A stretch of DNA of 32,000 nucleotides, taken from assembly GCF_016127575.1 (NCBI RefSeq), contig NZ_CP066019.1, forward strand, positions 1,410,001-1,442,000, in the 5' to 3' direction. Below the pieces are notes generated by a model. That model made no database searches. It saw only the letters and a list, made by a program, of their open reading frames with translations, and was not told the origin of the DNA. The stretch is from Cupriavidus necator (GTDB lineage: Bacteria > Pseudomonadota > Gammaproteobacteria > Burkholderiales > Burkholderiaceae). Of this stretch, positions 1 through 9,715 are shown piece after piece. The position numbers and the translations under genes were made by a program. Positions within the stretch are counted from its first letter, which is position 1. The number at the start of each line of letters is the position of its first letter.

Positions 1-169
1 CATCCATCAGGGCGCGCCAGATTGTCCTGCCGGCATCGCCGGCCGGCCCCTCGAGCCTCATGGGGACATAATCGATACGCGCATCTTGCGAAAACATGGC
101 GAGCATGCCGTTTATGTCATGCTCACGGTAGCGCGCGAAGAACGCCTTGACGATCTCGATTTGGCTCAT
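1..169 (-). CDS. SnoaL-like / NTF2-fold protein, N-terminal part (gene continues past the left edge)
   Basis: Hand translation of the minus strand from ATG (cat at 167-169) gives MSQIEIVKAFFARYREHDINGMLAMFSQDARIDYVPMRLEGPAGDAGRTIWRALMD. This is a typical SnoaL/ketosteroid-isomerase-like N-terminus. A GGGAGA Shine-Dalgarno lies just upstream on the minus strand. Confidence 0.5.
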   Translation of the reverse strand, partial: MSQIEIVKAFFARYREHDINGMLAMFSQDARIDYVPMRLEGPAGDAGRTIWRALMD

Positions 170-342
170 CACAGATCTCCCTGGAAATGGATCATGGGGC
201 AGGCCGGCATGGCGCCCGATAGGTCCGCCACGCCCGTGCAGTCATCATCATCTCGCTTCGCCGAGCCCTGTCAATGCCCCTCCCCGAACGGGGGGCTGCG
301 CCAACGCCGGCAGCCGGGAATGGCCTGGCTGTCTCCTTCCTC

Positions 343-1215
343 CTACCGAAGGCGTTCGAAGGCATGCGCGATCTCCTCGATCGCAGCGCGTATCCGCGCG
401 GTGTGGCGCAAGTCCTTATGGGTCACCAGCCACACCTCATAGGGCACGTCGCGGCAACGCTCAGGCCAGAGCCTGACCAGGTCGTCGGCCTTGCCCATGT
501 AGACAGGAATCTCGCCCACACCCAACCCCGCCTTGATGGCACTGCGCAACATCAGGCTGGAATTGACGGCCGCCACGATACGCCCGCCGGAAATGGGTTC
601 GCCCACCAACATTGGCTCCCTCGACCCAAGCACATAAGGCTGGTACACCACCAGGTCATGGCCGGAAAAGGCCGTACCGGCCTGGGGCTCTCCATGCACG
701 CGAAGGTAGCCTGGTGAGGCGAACAGCCCCATCGGCCATTGGGCCAGACGGCGTGCGATCAGGTCGGGGTTGTCCGGCCTGGCCGTGCGGATCGCGATAT
801 CCGTTTCCCGTTTTGCCAGGTTCAGCATCCGGGTCGATGCATCAATCTGCCATACGACCTCAGGGTACTTTACGTGTAGCGCCTCAAGCGCTGGCATCAG
901 AAAATCCATCGCCAGCGAATCGGTTGTGGTGATCCTCACTTCGCCCGCGAGCCGGTCGTCGAGTCCCTGCGTCAACCGCTGGAAGTCATTGGCAGACTGC
1001 TCCATGCGCTCCGCCGCATCGAGCACGCTCTCGCCCGCCATGGTCAGCACATAGCCGCTTGACGTGCGTAGGAACAGGGTTGCCCCAACCACGCTTTCCA
1101 ATGCCGTAAGGCGCCGCCCTACTGTGGCCTGGTCCACGCCAAGCGATCTCGCCGCGGCGCGCAGCGTGCCATCCCGATACAGCGCGAGAAAAACCCGGGC
1201 ATCGTCCCAGTTCAT
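343..1215 (-). CDS. LysR-family transcriptional regulator
   Basis: The ORF track entry 343..1326 contains MNWDDARVFLALYRDGTLRAAARSLGVDQATVGRRLTALE, the canonical LysR N-terminal wHTH. I place the start at this Met (cat at 1213-1215) rather than at 1326. A substrate-binding-type C-terminal domain follows. The gene is divergent from the oxidoreductase at 1378. Confidence 0.85.
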   Translation of the reverse strand: MNWDDARVFLALYRDGTLRAAARSLGVDQATVGRRLTALESVVGATLFLRTSSGYVLTMAGESVLDAAERMEQSANDFQRLTQGLDDRLAGEVRITTTDSLAMDFLMPALEALHVKYPEVVWQIDASTRMLNLAKRETDIAIRTARPDNPDLIARRLAQWPMGLFASPGYLRVHGEPQAGTAFSGHDLVVYQPYVLGSREPMLVGEPISGGRIVAAVNSSLMLRSAIKAGLGVGEIPVYMGKADDLVRLWPERCRDVPYEVWLVTHKDLRHTARIRAAIEEIAHAFERLR

Positions 1216-1377
1216 ATCCCCTCTCAACCGCACAAATAGTCCGATGCGATTCTGCATGTCAGCCATGAAACCCTGCATCACATCATTGAATCGCAGAAAC
1301 CTATACTGCCTCAACCGCGACAGCAATTCCCACGACGGAGATCTGCGCCGCGCTCCACGAGTTAATCAGGAAATTTC

Positions 1378-2397
1378 ATGCCTTCGCCTTCGCATAACAT
1401 CCCCGATACGATGACGGCCATCGAAATCAAGCATCCCGGCGGCCCGGAAGTGCTGGTGCCCACACGGCGGCCAGTGCCCGCGCCCGGCCCGGGCGAGCTG
1501 CTGATCCGCCACCATGCGGCAGGCGTCAATGGTCCCGACGTATTCCAGCGCAAGGGGCTGTACGATCCGCCTCCCGGCGCCTCCGACATCCCCGGACTCG
1601 AGGTCGCGGGCGAAGTCGCGGCCCTCGGCCAGGGCGTCACCGGATTCAGAGTCGGCGACCTCGTCTGCGCCCTGATTCCGGGGGGTGGATACGCCGAGTA
1701 CAGTGTCGCCAGCGAGCACAATACCTTGCACCTGCCCGATGGTCTGCGGTTGGTGGAAGCTGCCGCGATGCCAGAAACCTTTATGACCGTCTGGCTCAAT
1801 CTGTTCCAGCGGGGCAAGTTCACCAAGGGGGACACCATCCTGATCCATGGCGGCGCGTCTGGGATCGGCACCACAGCCACCATGCTCAGCAAGGCCTTTG
1901 GCGCGGCCAAGATCATCACCACCGTGGCCTCGGACGCGCAACGCGACGCCAGCCTCGCACTTGGCGCCGATTACGCGGTCAATTACCTGGAAGAGGATTT
2001 TGTCGAGGCCGTCATGCGCGTCACCGAAGGCAAAGGTGCCGATGTCATTGTCGATATCATCGCCGGCGATTATGTCCCGCGCAACTACGCTGCCGCGGGC
2101 ATTAACGGGCGCATCGTGCAGATCGGTGTCATCAAGGGCGTCGCCAAGGAAGTCGACTTGTTCCCGATGTTGACCAAGCGCCTCACCCACATGGGCTCGA
2201 CCCTGCGCTCGCGCACGCCTGAAGAAAAGGCCGAGATCATCCGCGAGCTCGAGGCGCAGGTCTGGCCGCTGATGGCATCTGGCGCGGTCAAGCCGCTCAT
2301 CTACCAGACATTCGCACTGGAACAGGCGCGGGCAGCCCATGAACTGATGGACTCCGGCACCCATATCGGCAAGATCGTGCTCACGATGGGCCAGTAA
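1378..2397 (+). CDS. NAD(P)H:quinone oxidoreductase (zeta-crystallin / medium-chain dehydrogenase-reductase family)
   Basis: Sequence reads MTAIEIKHPGGPEVL...PGPGELLIRHHAAGVNGPDVFQRKGLYDPPPGASDIPGLEVAGEV...ILIHGGASGIGTTA...HIGKIVL, a Qor-type pattern with a GxxGxxG Rossmann motif. The true start may be the internal Met at 1411 (MTAIEIK). Confidence 0.85.
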   Translation: MPSPSHNIPDTMTAIEIKHPGGPEVLVPTRRPVPAPGPGELLIRHHAAGVNGPDVFQRKGLYDPPPGASDIPGLEVAGEVAALGQGVTGFRVGDLVCALIPGGGYAEYSVASEHNTLHLPDGLRLVEAAAMPETFMTVWLNLFQRGKFTKGDTILIHGGASGIGTTATMLSKAFGAAKIITTVASDAQRDASLALGADYAVNYLEEDFVEAVMRVTEGKGADVIVDIIAGDYVPRNYAAAGINGRIVQIGVIKGVAKEVDLFPMLTKRLTHMGSTLRSRTPEEKAEIIRELEAQVWPLMASGAVKPLIYQTFALEQARAAHELMDSGTHIGKIVLTMGQ

Positions 2398-2497
2398 CGG
2401 CACAGGGCGGCAAGTACAGGGGTGCGAGCGATGCCGTGCGCCCCGGCCGTTTCGGTATGCCTGCCCCATTTGCACGCATTCCAAACCGAGGTGCCCG

Positions 2498-3109
2498 TTA
2501 ACGCTGCGATGAAGGTGGACGGCGGAACACAGTGGCGACGGTCGCTACCATCGACAACAGGATCAGCGCACCGCCAAACCAGTGGGTTACCCGTCAACGG
2601 TGCCTGCCCAGCCGTGACATCGCGGGCGAGGGTCGGACCCTAGGGAAAGACAGAAACCATTCATCGAGTAGACCGCGACTTTGATCGGCGACGAGAGGAT
2701 CAGCGCGGACCTCGCCTGCGAAGGGACACGGATAGTCGGACGCAGAGAACCTAGAGCGCCGACGCGGCGTGCAATGGTCTGCGGCAAGCGCAGTGCCAGG
2801 ATACCTTGCAGCAGCGCATCGCGAGCAGCAACAGAAATGCGCCGAGCGTAGAGGGAAAGGCAGATACTGGACCAGCACGCCGCTGACCAGCGCGCCCATT
2901 GCGAGACACAGCCCCGGCGCCAGCCCGTTGATCATCACGCAGCGAACGGTGTCCAGGTCGAGCAGCCCGGCGCCGAGCACGCTTGAGGCCACGCCGGTGG
3001 AAACGCCCCGGATGATGCGTGCGAGCATCAGCGTGGCGACACCATTAGCGATAAGGAACGGTAGGATCGCAGCGCCATCGCGGTGAGAATGACTGGACGC
3101 CGGCGACAT
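2498..3109 (-). pseudogene. MFS transporter remnant, 5'-truncated with several frameshifts
   Basis: The minus strand gives MFS-like membrane segments in three different frames. These are LARIIRGVSTGVASSVLGAGLLD...INGLAPGLCLAMGALVSGVLVQYLP, then ALILSSPIKVAVYSMNGFCLSLG, then HWFGGALILLSMVATVATVFRRP followed by a stop. The N-terminal half is missing because the LuxR gene ends at 3188. Confidence 0.5.
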
Positions 3110-3187
3110 AGTCGGACAGCGCCCCGGTGGTCAGGAACAACATGGGGCGTGTTGATGGGTTCGCGATCGGATAGCGCCCGCGGGAAC

Positions 3188-5962
3188 CTAGCTTCGCGCC
3201 ACGGGACGCTCCGCGACCCGTGGCAGGTCCCGGCCCAGGCCACTGCGGACCGCCTGGATGCGGGAGTTCACTTTCAGCTTCTCAAAAATATTCTTCAGAT
3301 GCCATTTCACGGTTTCCGGGGCGACACGAATGGCCCGGGCAATCTCCTTGTTGGAAAGTCCTCGTGCCACGTAGTCGAGAATTTCCACTTCACGGGCGCT
3401 TAGCCTGCTGGCGGCCACCGGCTCCGCCTGGTCATCCGCGGCGTCTGGCTCGCTTGCCGGCGCATCGAACCCGGCGCATAGCCTCCTCACATACCAAGGT
3501 TCAACCTCGGCCAGGCGGTCTTGCTGCAGACACAGCGCGTCAAGGATTTCCCGGGCCGCAGGGCCGGCATCGAGAAACACCCGCTGCAGACCGTTCGCCT
3601 GGCCATAGGTGAGCGCGGCGCGCATGGCCTGCACAGCCTCCGCACGCTGCCCCGCACTGTGCAGGGCGACCGCCAGCATCACTGAAATCTGGGCGGACAG
3701 GTACTGCATGCCCGCCGCACGGACCTCAGCCTGCACCCCCTGCAGGATGGGAACAGCTAGCGCGGGTCGGCCGCGCCCCACTAGCAGCCGGCAATGCGCC
3801 ACCTGGAAGCGTTGCCAGGTTTCCAGGTAGCTGCCACGCAAGGTCGCCGGTTTCTGCCCGACCAGCCCATCCAGGTCGTGCCCGATGCGCGCGGCACGGC
3901 CGATATCTCCGGCACCAATACTGATCCGGATCGCCTCGGCCTTGCACGCGACCTGCATGCGCAGCCATTGGCGGCTTCTGGCTACGGCTTCCGCGTCTTC
4001 CACGATCCGATAGGCTTCATCCTGCTTCCCCGCCAGCAGCCGCAGACGGGCCAGCGTCACGCAGAAGCCGATCAGGGGTCCCAGCGAGCAAGATTGCAGC
4101 GCCATCTCGAGCCGCTCGTCCAGCAGTTCCGCGACCCTGTCGAGGTCATTCCATTCATAGTGGATTGCGGCCAGATATCCGACCGGGAGCACCGATGCGG
4201 CAGACTGCCGGCCGGCGCGCGCGTTGGATTCGCGCAGCACATCCTCCAGGGTCTGAACGGCCTCGCCCAGCCTGCCTTCCACGAACAAGCTGAGCCCAAC
4301 CATGCTTTGCCGGTACACCTTGGCGTAGATCGGCGTATCAGCGCCGGTATTGAGGGTGAGCGTGCGCCGCAGGCGTTCGACCTCGTCAAATCCCGCTGCA
4401 TAGCTGAGCCCGAAGATCTGTGTGGTCAGCCCGATGCCCTCCTCCCATGAGCCGGTGTCGGGGCCGAGCGCAAGCACCTTGCGGCCCATTTCCAATGAAA
4501 GTTCGCTTTCATCGGACAGACCCGCGATTAGCGCCGTGACCGCCTGCAACTCGACGCGCACTACCTCGGTCAAGGGCAGCCGCCCGTGGCCAATGTCATC
4601 CTCGACCGCCTGCAACACCGCTTTGGCCGCCACTGTCTGCATCGTCAACGCGAGCGCCCAAGCCTGCGCCAGGCGCAGGCGCAGCCGGCCATGCACCGCC
4701 TCGGGGGGCAGCTTGGCAACCCAGCTCAGCACCGTCCGCACGTCGCTGGCCTCGACCAGGGTCATCGCGCATTGCTCGACCCAGCCGGCGGCGCGATCGA
4801 CATCCCCCGCGGCCAAGGCATGCCGGACCGCTTCCTGCCACAGCGATTGCGCCGCAAACCATTCACTGGCCCGGCGATGCAATTCGGCAACTTCGTGGGG
4901 ACGCTCCCTCACCAGGCGTTTTCTCAGATATTCGGCAAACAGCGCGTGATAGCGATACCACTGGCCCTCGGCGTCCAAGGGTCTGACGAACAAATTCCGA
5001 GCCATCAGCCACTCGAAAGTGGCATGCGACTCGCTGGAGCCTGTCACTGCATCGCACAAGGGCACCGACATCCGGTCCAGCACCGAGGTCTGTAGGAGAA
5101 AAGTCTGTAGCGGCTCGGGGACGTGAACAAATACGTTCTCGTTCAGATACGCTTCAACGCTGCGCCGGGCGAATGGCAAGCGCTCAGCAAAGACGTCAGG
5201 CTTGTCGGTTGCGCTTAATGCAAACGTCGCTAATTGCAAGCCAGCCGCCCAGCCTTCTGTCGCTCGCAGCAGCACCTCGATCTGGGCAGCGCTCAGGGCA
5301 TGGCCGGAAACGGCAGAAAAAAACGCCTGCGCCTCGGCGCTGTCAAAGCGCAGGGCCTCCGCATCCAGCTTCAGCAATTGGCCCCGGGCCTCGAAGTAAC
5401 TCAGCGGAAAGCCCGGCTCGCCCCGCCCCGCGACGAGCAGATGCAGGTTCTCCGGCGCATATCGGAGCAGCCTGAACACCGCCTCGTGAATGGCTGGCGA
5501 TGCCAGCCGGTCAAAATCATCCAGCACCAACACCATTTGGCGCGGCAGGGCCAAGACCGCATTGAGAAGTTCCGCAAACATCGTGTCCGCCGGCGCTAGC
5601 GGGTCGGGCTTCAGGCCGCAAGGGATCGGCTCGCCGGCCTGCGTGCAAGCTTCCCTTGCCGCGGCGAGCAGATAAGCGCCGAACTGGAAGAGGTCATCAT
5701 CATCGCGGTCGATGCTGAGCCAGCCAACGGCGCAGCCTTCCTGCGCCAAGACCTTCTTCCATTCACTCAACAGCGACGTCTTGCCGAAGCCGGCGGGGGC
5801 TACCAGGACCGTCAGCTTGCGCTCCATGCCAGGCCGCAATAGCCCAATGGAGCGTTCACGATGGATATAGTGGCGCGTTCGCGGTGGCGCCAGCTTTGTC
5901 AGGATCAAGGCTGGCCGCCATTGGGGCAGTTGCGCAGCAGCGACCGGAGATGATTGCGTCAT
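3188..5962 (-). CDS. MalT-like large ATP-dependent LuxR-family transcriptional regulator (924 aa)
   Basis: N-terminal P-loop LTVLVAPAGFGKTSLL with Walker-B-like LVLDDFDRL, a long helical/TPR-like middle, and a C-terminal LuxR HTH LSAREVEILDYVARGLSNKEIARAIRVAPETVKWHLKNIFEKLKVNSR. Confidence 0.9.
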   Translation of the reverse strand: MTQSSPVAAAQLPQWRPALILTKLAPPRTRHYIHRERSIGLLRPGMERKLTVLVAPAGFGKTSLLSEWKKVLAQEGCAVGWLSIDRDDDDLFQFGAYLLAAAREACTQAGEPIPCGLKPDPLAPADTMFAELLNAVLALPRQMVLVLDDFDRLASPAIHEAVFRLLRYAPENLHLLVAGRGEPGFPLSYFEARGQLLKLDAEALRFDSAEAQAFFSAVSGHALSAAQIEVLLRATEGWAAGLQLATFALSATDKPDVFAERLPFARRSVEAYLNENVFVHVPEPLQTFLLQTSVLDRMSVPLCDAVTGSSESHATFEWLMARNLFVRPLDAEGQWYRYHALFAEYLRKRLVRERPHEVAELHRRASEWFAAQSLWQEAVRHALAAGDVDRAAGWVEQCAMTLVEASDVRTVLSWVAKLPPEAVHGRLRLRLAQAWALALTMQTVAAKAVLQAVEDDIGHGRLPLTEVVRVELQAVTALIAGLSDESELSLEMGRKVLALGPDTGSWEEGIGLTTQIFGLSYAAGFDEVERLRRTLTLNTGADTPIYAKVYRQSMVGLSLFVEGRLGEAVQTLEDVLRESNARAGRQSAASVLPVGYLAAIHYEWNDLDRVAELLDERLEMALQSCSLGPLIGFCVTLARLRLLAGKQDEAYRIVEDAEAVARSRQWLRMQVACKAEAIRISIGAGDIGRAARIGHDLDGLVGQKPATLRGSYLETWQRFQVAHCRLLVGRGRPALAVPILQGVQAEVRAAGMQYLSAQISVMLAVALHSAGQRAEAVQAMRAALTYGQANGLQRVFLDAGPAAREILDALCLQQDRLAEVEPWYVRRLCAGFDAPASEPDAADDQAEPVAASRLSAREVEILDYVARGLSNKEIARAIRVAPETVKWHLKNIFEKLKVNSRIQAVRSGLGRDLPRVAERPVARS

Positions 5963-5992
5963 TCGTGACTCTTCCTGACAGCATGCAGCACA

Positions 5993-6766
5993 CTAGACGA
6001 TCACATCCCATTCATCACGCTGCTCCCGGCGCACCATCTCAGCGGCGGAATCAGGCTTGATGGTTCGGTAGCGATGCGACGCGGCGGTGATGACATCGAT
6101 CATGGCATCAATCATTTCCTGCGGGTCATGTTGGTTATTCAGCGGACGCTTCATGCGTGGCCGCATCGCTTGCTTTCCGTCTTCCCACCATTGGTCCATG
6201 CTTTCCATGCCGGTGTCGTTGAAACCCGTCCGGTAGGCGCCAGGATTCACGGTCGCGACTTGTATCCCGTAAGGCTTCAGCTCCTCACGCATGGACGCGC
6301 ACAGCGCCTCGACCGCATGCTTGGATGCCGCATACGCCGCCACCCAGGGGACCTTGACCAGACCGGCAACAGAAGACGTCCAGACGATCTTGCCGCTGCC
6401 GCGCCGGATCATCTGTCGGGCGAACCCCTGCGCCATCTCGAGTGCCGCGAATACATTGGTCTCGAATACCCGCCGCACCAGCGCGATAGGAATCTCCGCC
6501 ACCGGCCCCGCCTCCATGATGCCAGCATTGTTAAACAGCACGTCGATCTCGTGCTGGAACGCGCGCTGCCGGTCGATCGCGTCCAACATGTCGAGTTTGA
6601 TTACCGTCAGCCGGACGCCCTCGAGCTCCGCCGCATTGCGCAATTCCGTCACCTGCGGCCAGATTTGCGCTCCTGCAATAACGTTATGCCCGCTGCGCGC
6701 GAGTCCCAGCGCCACCCCTTTGCCAAAGCCGCTGCCGGCGCCAGTCACCAATACAGTCTTCCCCAT
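5993..6766 (-). CDS. Short-chain dehydrogenase/reductase (SDR) family oxidoreductase
   Basis: MGKTVLVTGAGSGFGKG (TGxxxGxG), NNAG, and YAASK (YxxxK) motifs. An AGGAG RBS lies upstream on the minus strand. The gene ends 30 bp upstream of the LuxR/MalT-like gene on the same strand, so the two may form an operon. Confidence 0.9.
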   Translation of the reverse strand: MGKTVLVTGAGSGFGKGVALGLARSGHNVIAGAQIWPQVTELRNAAELEGVRLTVIKLDMLDAIDRQRAFQHEIDVLFNNAGIMEAGPVAEIPIALVRRVFETNVFAALEMAQGFARQMIRRGSGKIVWTSSVAGLVKVPWVAAYAASKHAVEALCASMREELKPYGIQVATVNPGAYRTGFNDTGMESMDQWWEDGKQAMRPRMKRPLNNQHDPQEMIDAMIDVITAASHRYRTIKPDSAAEMVRREQRDEWDVIV

Positions 6767-7439
6767 ACTACGCTCCTGAGTCGCAGACTAGGCGGGGGTG
6801 TGCCCTTACTGCTCCAGCTTTGCCAGCAGCAGGTTCGCCCACCGCAACACCGGACGCCGAGTACGCCGACGCCTTTCACCGCCCACCTCCGCCATGGTCG
6901 GTACCTTGGTGTACCCGGCGCTACTACAAGCATTGCTATCCGCAGTCGCCGGAATGCCAACTAGCTACCCCTCGCGCTTCTTGCCCCTCGCGTCTAACTT
7001 TTCTTCACTAGGATCACCCGAGCAGGGCTGGATACGACTGTAACGGATGATCGCGGAAACGGAAATCAAGCCACAAGGGCATAGGATACCGTCATAGGGG
7101 GGGGAGGTGGGGGGCATGACCGGCGCTGCCAACTCTTCACTGTTTCCGGGCGTTGCTTTGTGCTGAACCGAAGCCTCCTGGACTAATCCGAGCGCCGACT
7201 TCAGCATTGCCAAGACCTGACCTGGGTACCCCCCCACTTAGGGAGGCTCCTTGCAAACACCGCAGCGATACGGGAATGATTGCGTTAACGATGCGAACAG
7301 CGTGTCTCGCGTTTCCACGAACAATTACTCGCTAATGGGAATCGCAAGGCCATTGGATTGGAGTGTGCATCCTAAAGCACTTCGAAAGAATGTCATGCGA
7401 TTCGTCGTCGGCGCACCAAGCAAAATCATGTTCCTCGAC

Positions 7440-7640
7440 TTGAACTGTAATGGTGGTGGAGCGGAGTCAACCGAAGGCGTACTCACGCCATTCGGGATGC
7501 TGACCTTCGATCGCCGCCGCGTCAATTCCGAAATTGCTGACATAGCCACCTTCCTCCGCGGCGCCTGGGGGAAACCGCGACGCCCCGGTGGAGGGCAACC
7601 GCATCACTCGACCCGCCGCGAACTACGGGCCAAGCCTGGC
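7440..7640 (+). pseudogene. Possible remnant of a c-type cytochrome C-terminus
   Basis: The plus-strand translation ...GVLTPFGMLTFDRRRVNSEIADIATFLRGAWG resembles the conserved C-terminal (MPxFG...LSDxEIADVxxFIRxSWGN) end of class I cytochrome c subunits. There is no CxxCH, no credible start, and the frame appears broken after AWG. Confidence 0.3.
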
Positions 7641-7673
7641 TCGGCAAGCGGTAGATGAATCCAAGGACCTGCC

Positions 7674-8639
7674 ATGTCGACTATCTCCAGGCGTTCATTT
7701 GTCCAGTCCGTCGGCGCTGCAACACTCGCGCCGGGAATGTTGCTCGTCTCGGCCGAAACTGGGGCCGCGTCCGAAAGCTCCGCTTCGCCCCAAGGGGCCA
7801 GCGCAAACTACGCCGATTACAAACATATCCAGGTCACCAAAGACCACGGCGTCGCCACCGTAACATTGAACTATGCGCCGCTCAACCTGCTCGATGAGGT
7901 ACTGTCGGATGAGTTCGATCGGGTGACCCGACAACTGGAACAGGATGCGAGCGTACGCGTCATCATCCTGCAGAGCGCTGTGCCGAAATTCTTTATCGCA
8001 CACTCGGGCCTGCACCGTGTCGGCTCGGCGCCGAAGACGACTTCGAATACACGCACATTCCGTCTGACCCAGATGCTCGGAGAGCGCCTGCGCAACATGC
8101 CAAAAGCCGTGATCGCAAAGGTCGAAGGCATCGCTCGTGGTGGTGGCTGCGAGATCGCGCTGGCCGCGGACATGTGTTTCGCCGCGATCGGCAAGGCTGT
8201 GTTCGGCCAGCCGGAAGTCGTCTGCGGACTCGTCCCCGGCGGGGGCAACACACAGCGCCTGCCGCGGCGCATGGGGCGCGCACGTGCCCTTGAGGTGCTG
8301 CTCGTCGGCGGAGACTTCTCGGCAGAACTGGCCGACCACTACGGTTATATCAATCGAGCGCTGCCGGCAGGAGAACTGGGGCAATTCGTGGACAAGCTCG
8401 CCCGCCGCATTGCAACCTTCCCCACCACCACGATTGCCCATCTGAAAAAGGCCGTGGACATGGGGTCGGACGTATCGTTCTCCGAAGGGTTGTTGATGGA
8501 AGCGCATGAGGCCGACCTTTGCGTAGCCAACGAAGCGATACAGGCGCGGGTCAAGGCGATACTCAAAGCTGGCGCTGAGACCTACGAAGGCGAACTCCAT
8601 TTTCCTGAACTGTCCGCGAAGCTGCCGCCCGCCGATTAA
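7674..8639 (+). CDS. Enoyl-CoA hydratase/isomerase (crotonase) family protein with an N-terminal twin-arginine (Tat) signal
   Basis: MSTISRRSFVQSVGAATLAPGMLLVSA matches S-R-R-x-F plus a hydrophobic h-region. The crotonase core is VATVTLNYAPLNLL...VIILQSAVPKFFIAHSGL...IARGGGCEIALAADMCFA. An AAGGA RBS lies 8 nt upstream. Confidence 0.8.
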   Translation: MSTISRRSFVQSVGAATLAPGMLLVSAETGAASESSASPQGASANYADYKHIQVTKDHGVATVTLNYAPLNLLDEVLSDEFDRVTRQLEQDASVRVIILQSAVPKFFIAHSGLHRVGSAPKTTSNTRTFRLTQMLGERLRNMPKAVIAKVEGIARGGGCEIALAADMCFAAIGKAVFGQPEVVCGLVPGGGNTQRLPRRMGRARALEVLLVGGDFSAELADHYGYINRALPAGELGQFVDKLARRIATFPTTTIAHLKKAVDMGSDVSFSEGLLMEAHEADLCVANEAIQARVKAILKAGAETYEGELHFPELSAKLPPAD

Positions 8640-8833
8640 GCGATCGACCTGCGTCCGAACCGTGGTTGCCCGCAAGTGCGAAAAAAACATTGATACGAGC
8701 GGGAAGGTGAAGTGCACATAGCAAGGCGCCGGAATGCATGGTCCTTGCTGGTGATCGGGGGAATTCCCCATTTGATGTAAAAAAAGCCGGTGAAAACTAA
8801 GCTCTAGAACTGATTTTTAGAAGGAAGCCTATC

Positions 8834-9715
8834 ATGACGTCCCAGACCGACAGCAAGCAGCCGACGCCTGACCCAGCCGAGCACAAGGCGTTCTTTCCCT
8901 CCCCATACTCGCTCTCACAATTCACATCGCCAAAGTCGAACCTCTCCGACGCCGACTATCCGGACGCTTATCGGGGAGGTCGCTGGAAAGTACTACTCGT
9001 CGCTGCGGACGAGCGCTATCTCCTGACCGGAAACGGTACCTTCTTTTCTACTGGCAACCATCCCGTCGAGACCCTGCTGCCGATGTATCACCTGGACCGC
9101 GCGGGCTTCGAGTTCGACATTGCCACTTTATCGGGCAATCCGACCAAGTTCGAATGGTGGGCGTTCCCTTCTGAGGACGCCGAGATAAAGTCCCTCTACG
9201 CGAAGTACGAGCAAAAATTTCAACAGCCCCTTAAGCTTGCTGACGTAGTCAATTCGTTGGACAAGGACGCAAACTACATTGCCGTTTTTATCCCTGGGGG
9301 ACATGGCGCCCTGATGGGGCTGCCCTTCAGCGCAGATATGAAGGCAACCCTTCAGTGGGCCATGCAAAACGACAGGTTCATCATCACGCTGTGTCATGGG
9401 CCTGCGGCCCTGCTTTCCGCCGGCGTCGACGAACCTAACGGGGGAGACCTGTTCCGCGGCTACCGCATCTGCGCATTCCCGGATTCCATGGACAAGCAGA
9501 CGCCAGATATTGGCTATATGCCCGGCCCATTGCGTTGGTTCTTTGGAGAGAAACTCGCAGCGATGGGAGTAGAGATCGTCAATACTAAAATTGATGGGAG
9601 TACTTTCCGTGACCGGAAGCTCCTCACAGGCGATAGTCCATTCGCTGGCAACAATCTTGGCAAACTGGCTGCGCGCGCGTTACTGGAAGAAGTGCAGAGT
9701 ACGGGTGCGCGCTAG
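8834..9715 (+). CDS. hchA: Protein/nucleotide deglycase, glyoxalase III (Hsp31, DJ-1/PfpI superfamily)
   Basis: Near-collinear resemblance to E. coli HchA as I recall it: [15 protein letters not shown]...[17 protein letters not shown]...[29 protein letters not shown]...[13 protein letters not shown]...[13 protein letters not shown]...[18 protein letters not shown]...[19 protein letters not shown]. An AGGAAG RBS is present. Confidence 0.9.
   Translation: MTSQTDSKQPTPDPAEHKAFFPSPYSLSQFTSPKSNLSDADYPDAYRGGRWKVLLVAADERYLLTGNGTFFSTGNHPVETLLPMYHLDRAGFEFDIATLSGNPTKFEWWAFPSEDAEIKSLYAKYEQKFQQPLKLADVVNSLDKDANYIAVFIPGGHGALMGLPFSADMKATLQWAMQNDRFIITLCHGPAALLSAGVDEPNGGDLFRGYRICAFPDSMDKQTPDIGYMPGPLRWFFGEKLAAMGVEIVNTKIDGSTFRDRKLLTGDSPFAGNNLGKLAARALLEEVQSTGAR

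Noticed and set aside
1216-1326. The upstream 37 codons of the LysR ORF (MLSRLRQYRFLRFNDVMQGFMADMQNRIGLFVRLRGD).
   Set aside because: LysR proteins begin a few residues before the wHTH. The Met at 1215 (MNWDDARVFLAL...) fits that, and the extension would consume the divergent promoter region shared with the oxidoreductase.
1366-2484. Other overlapping ORFs in the housekeeping part. Examples are 1366..2484(-), 1362..1922(-), 6074..6964(+), 7695..8771(-), 3794..4450(+) and 4422..4949(+).
   Set aside because: Each is antisense or out of frame to a gene with clear family motifs (Qor, SDR, crotonase, MalT/LuxR) and has a low-complexity, Arg/Pro-rich translation.
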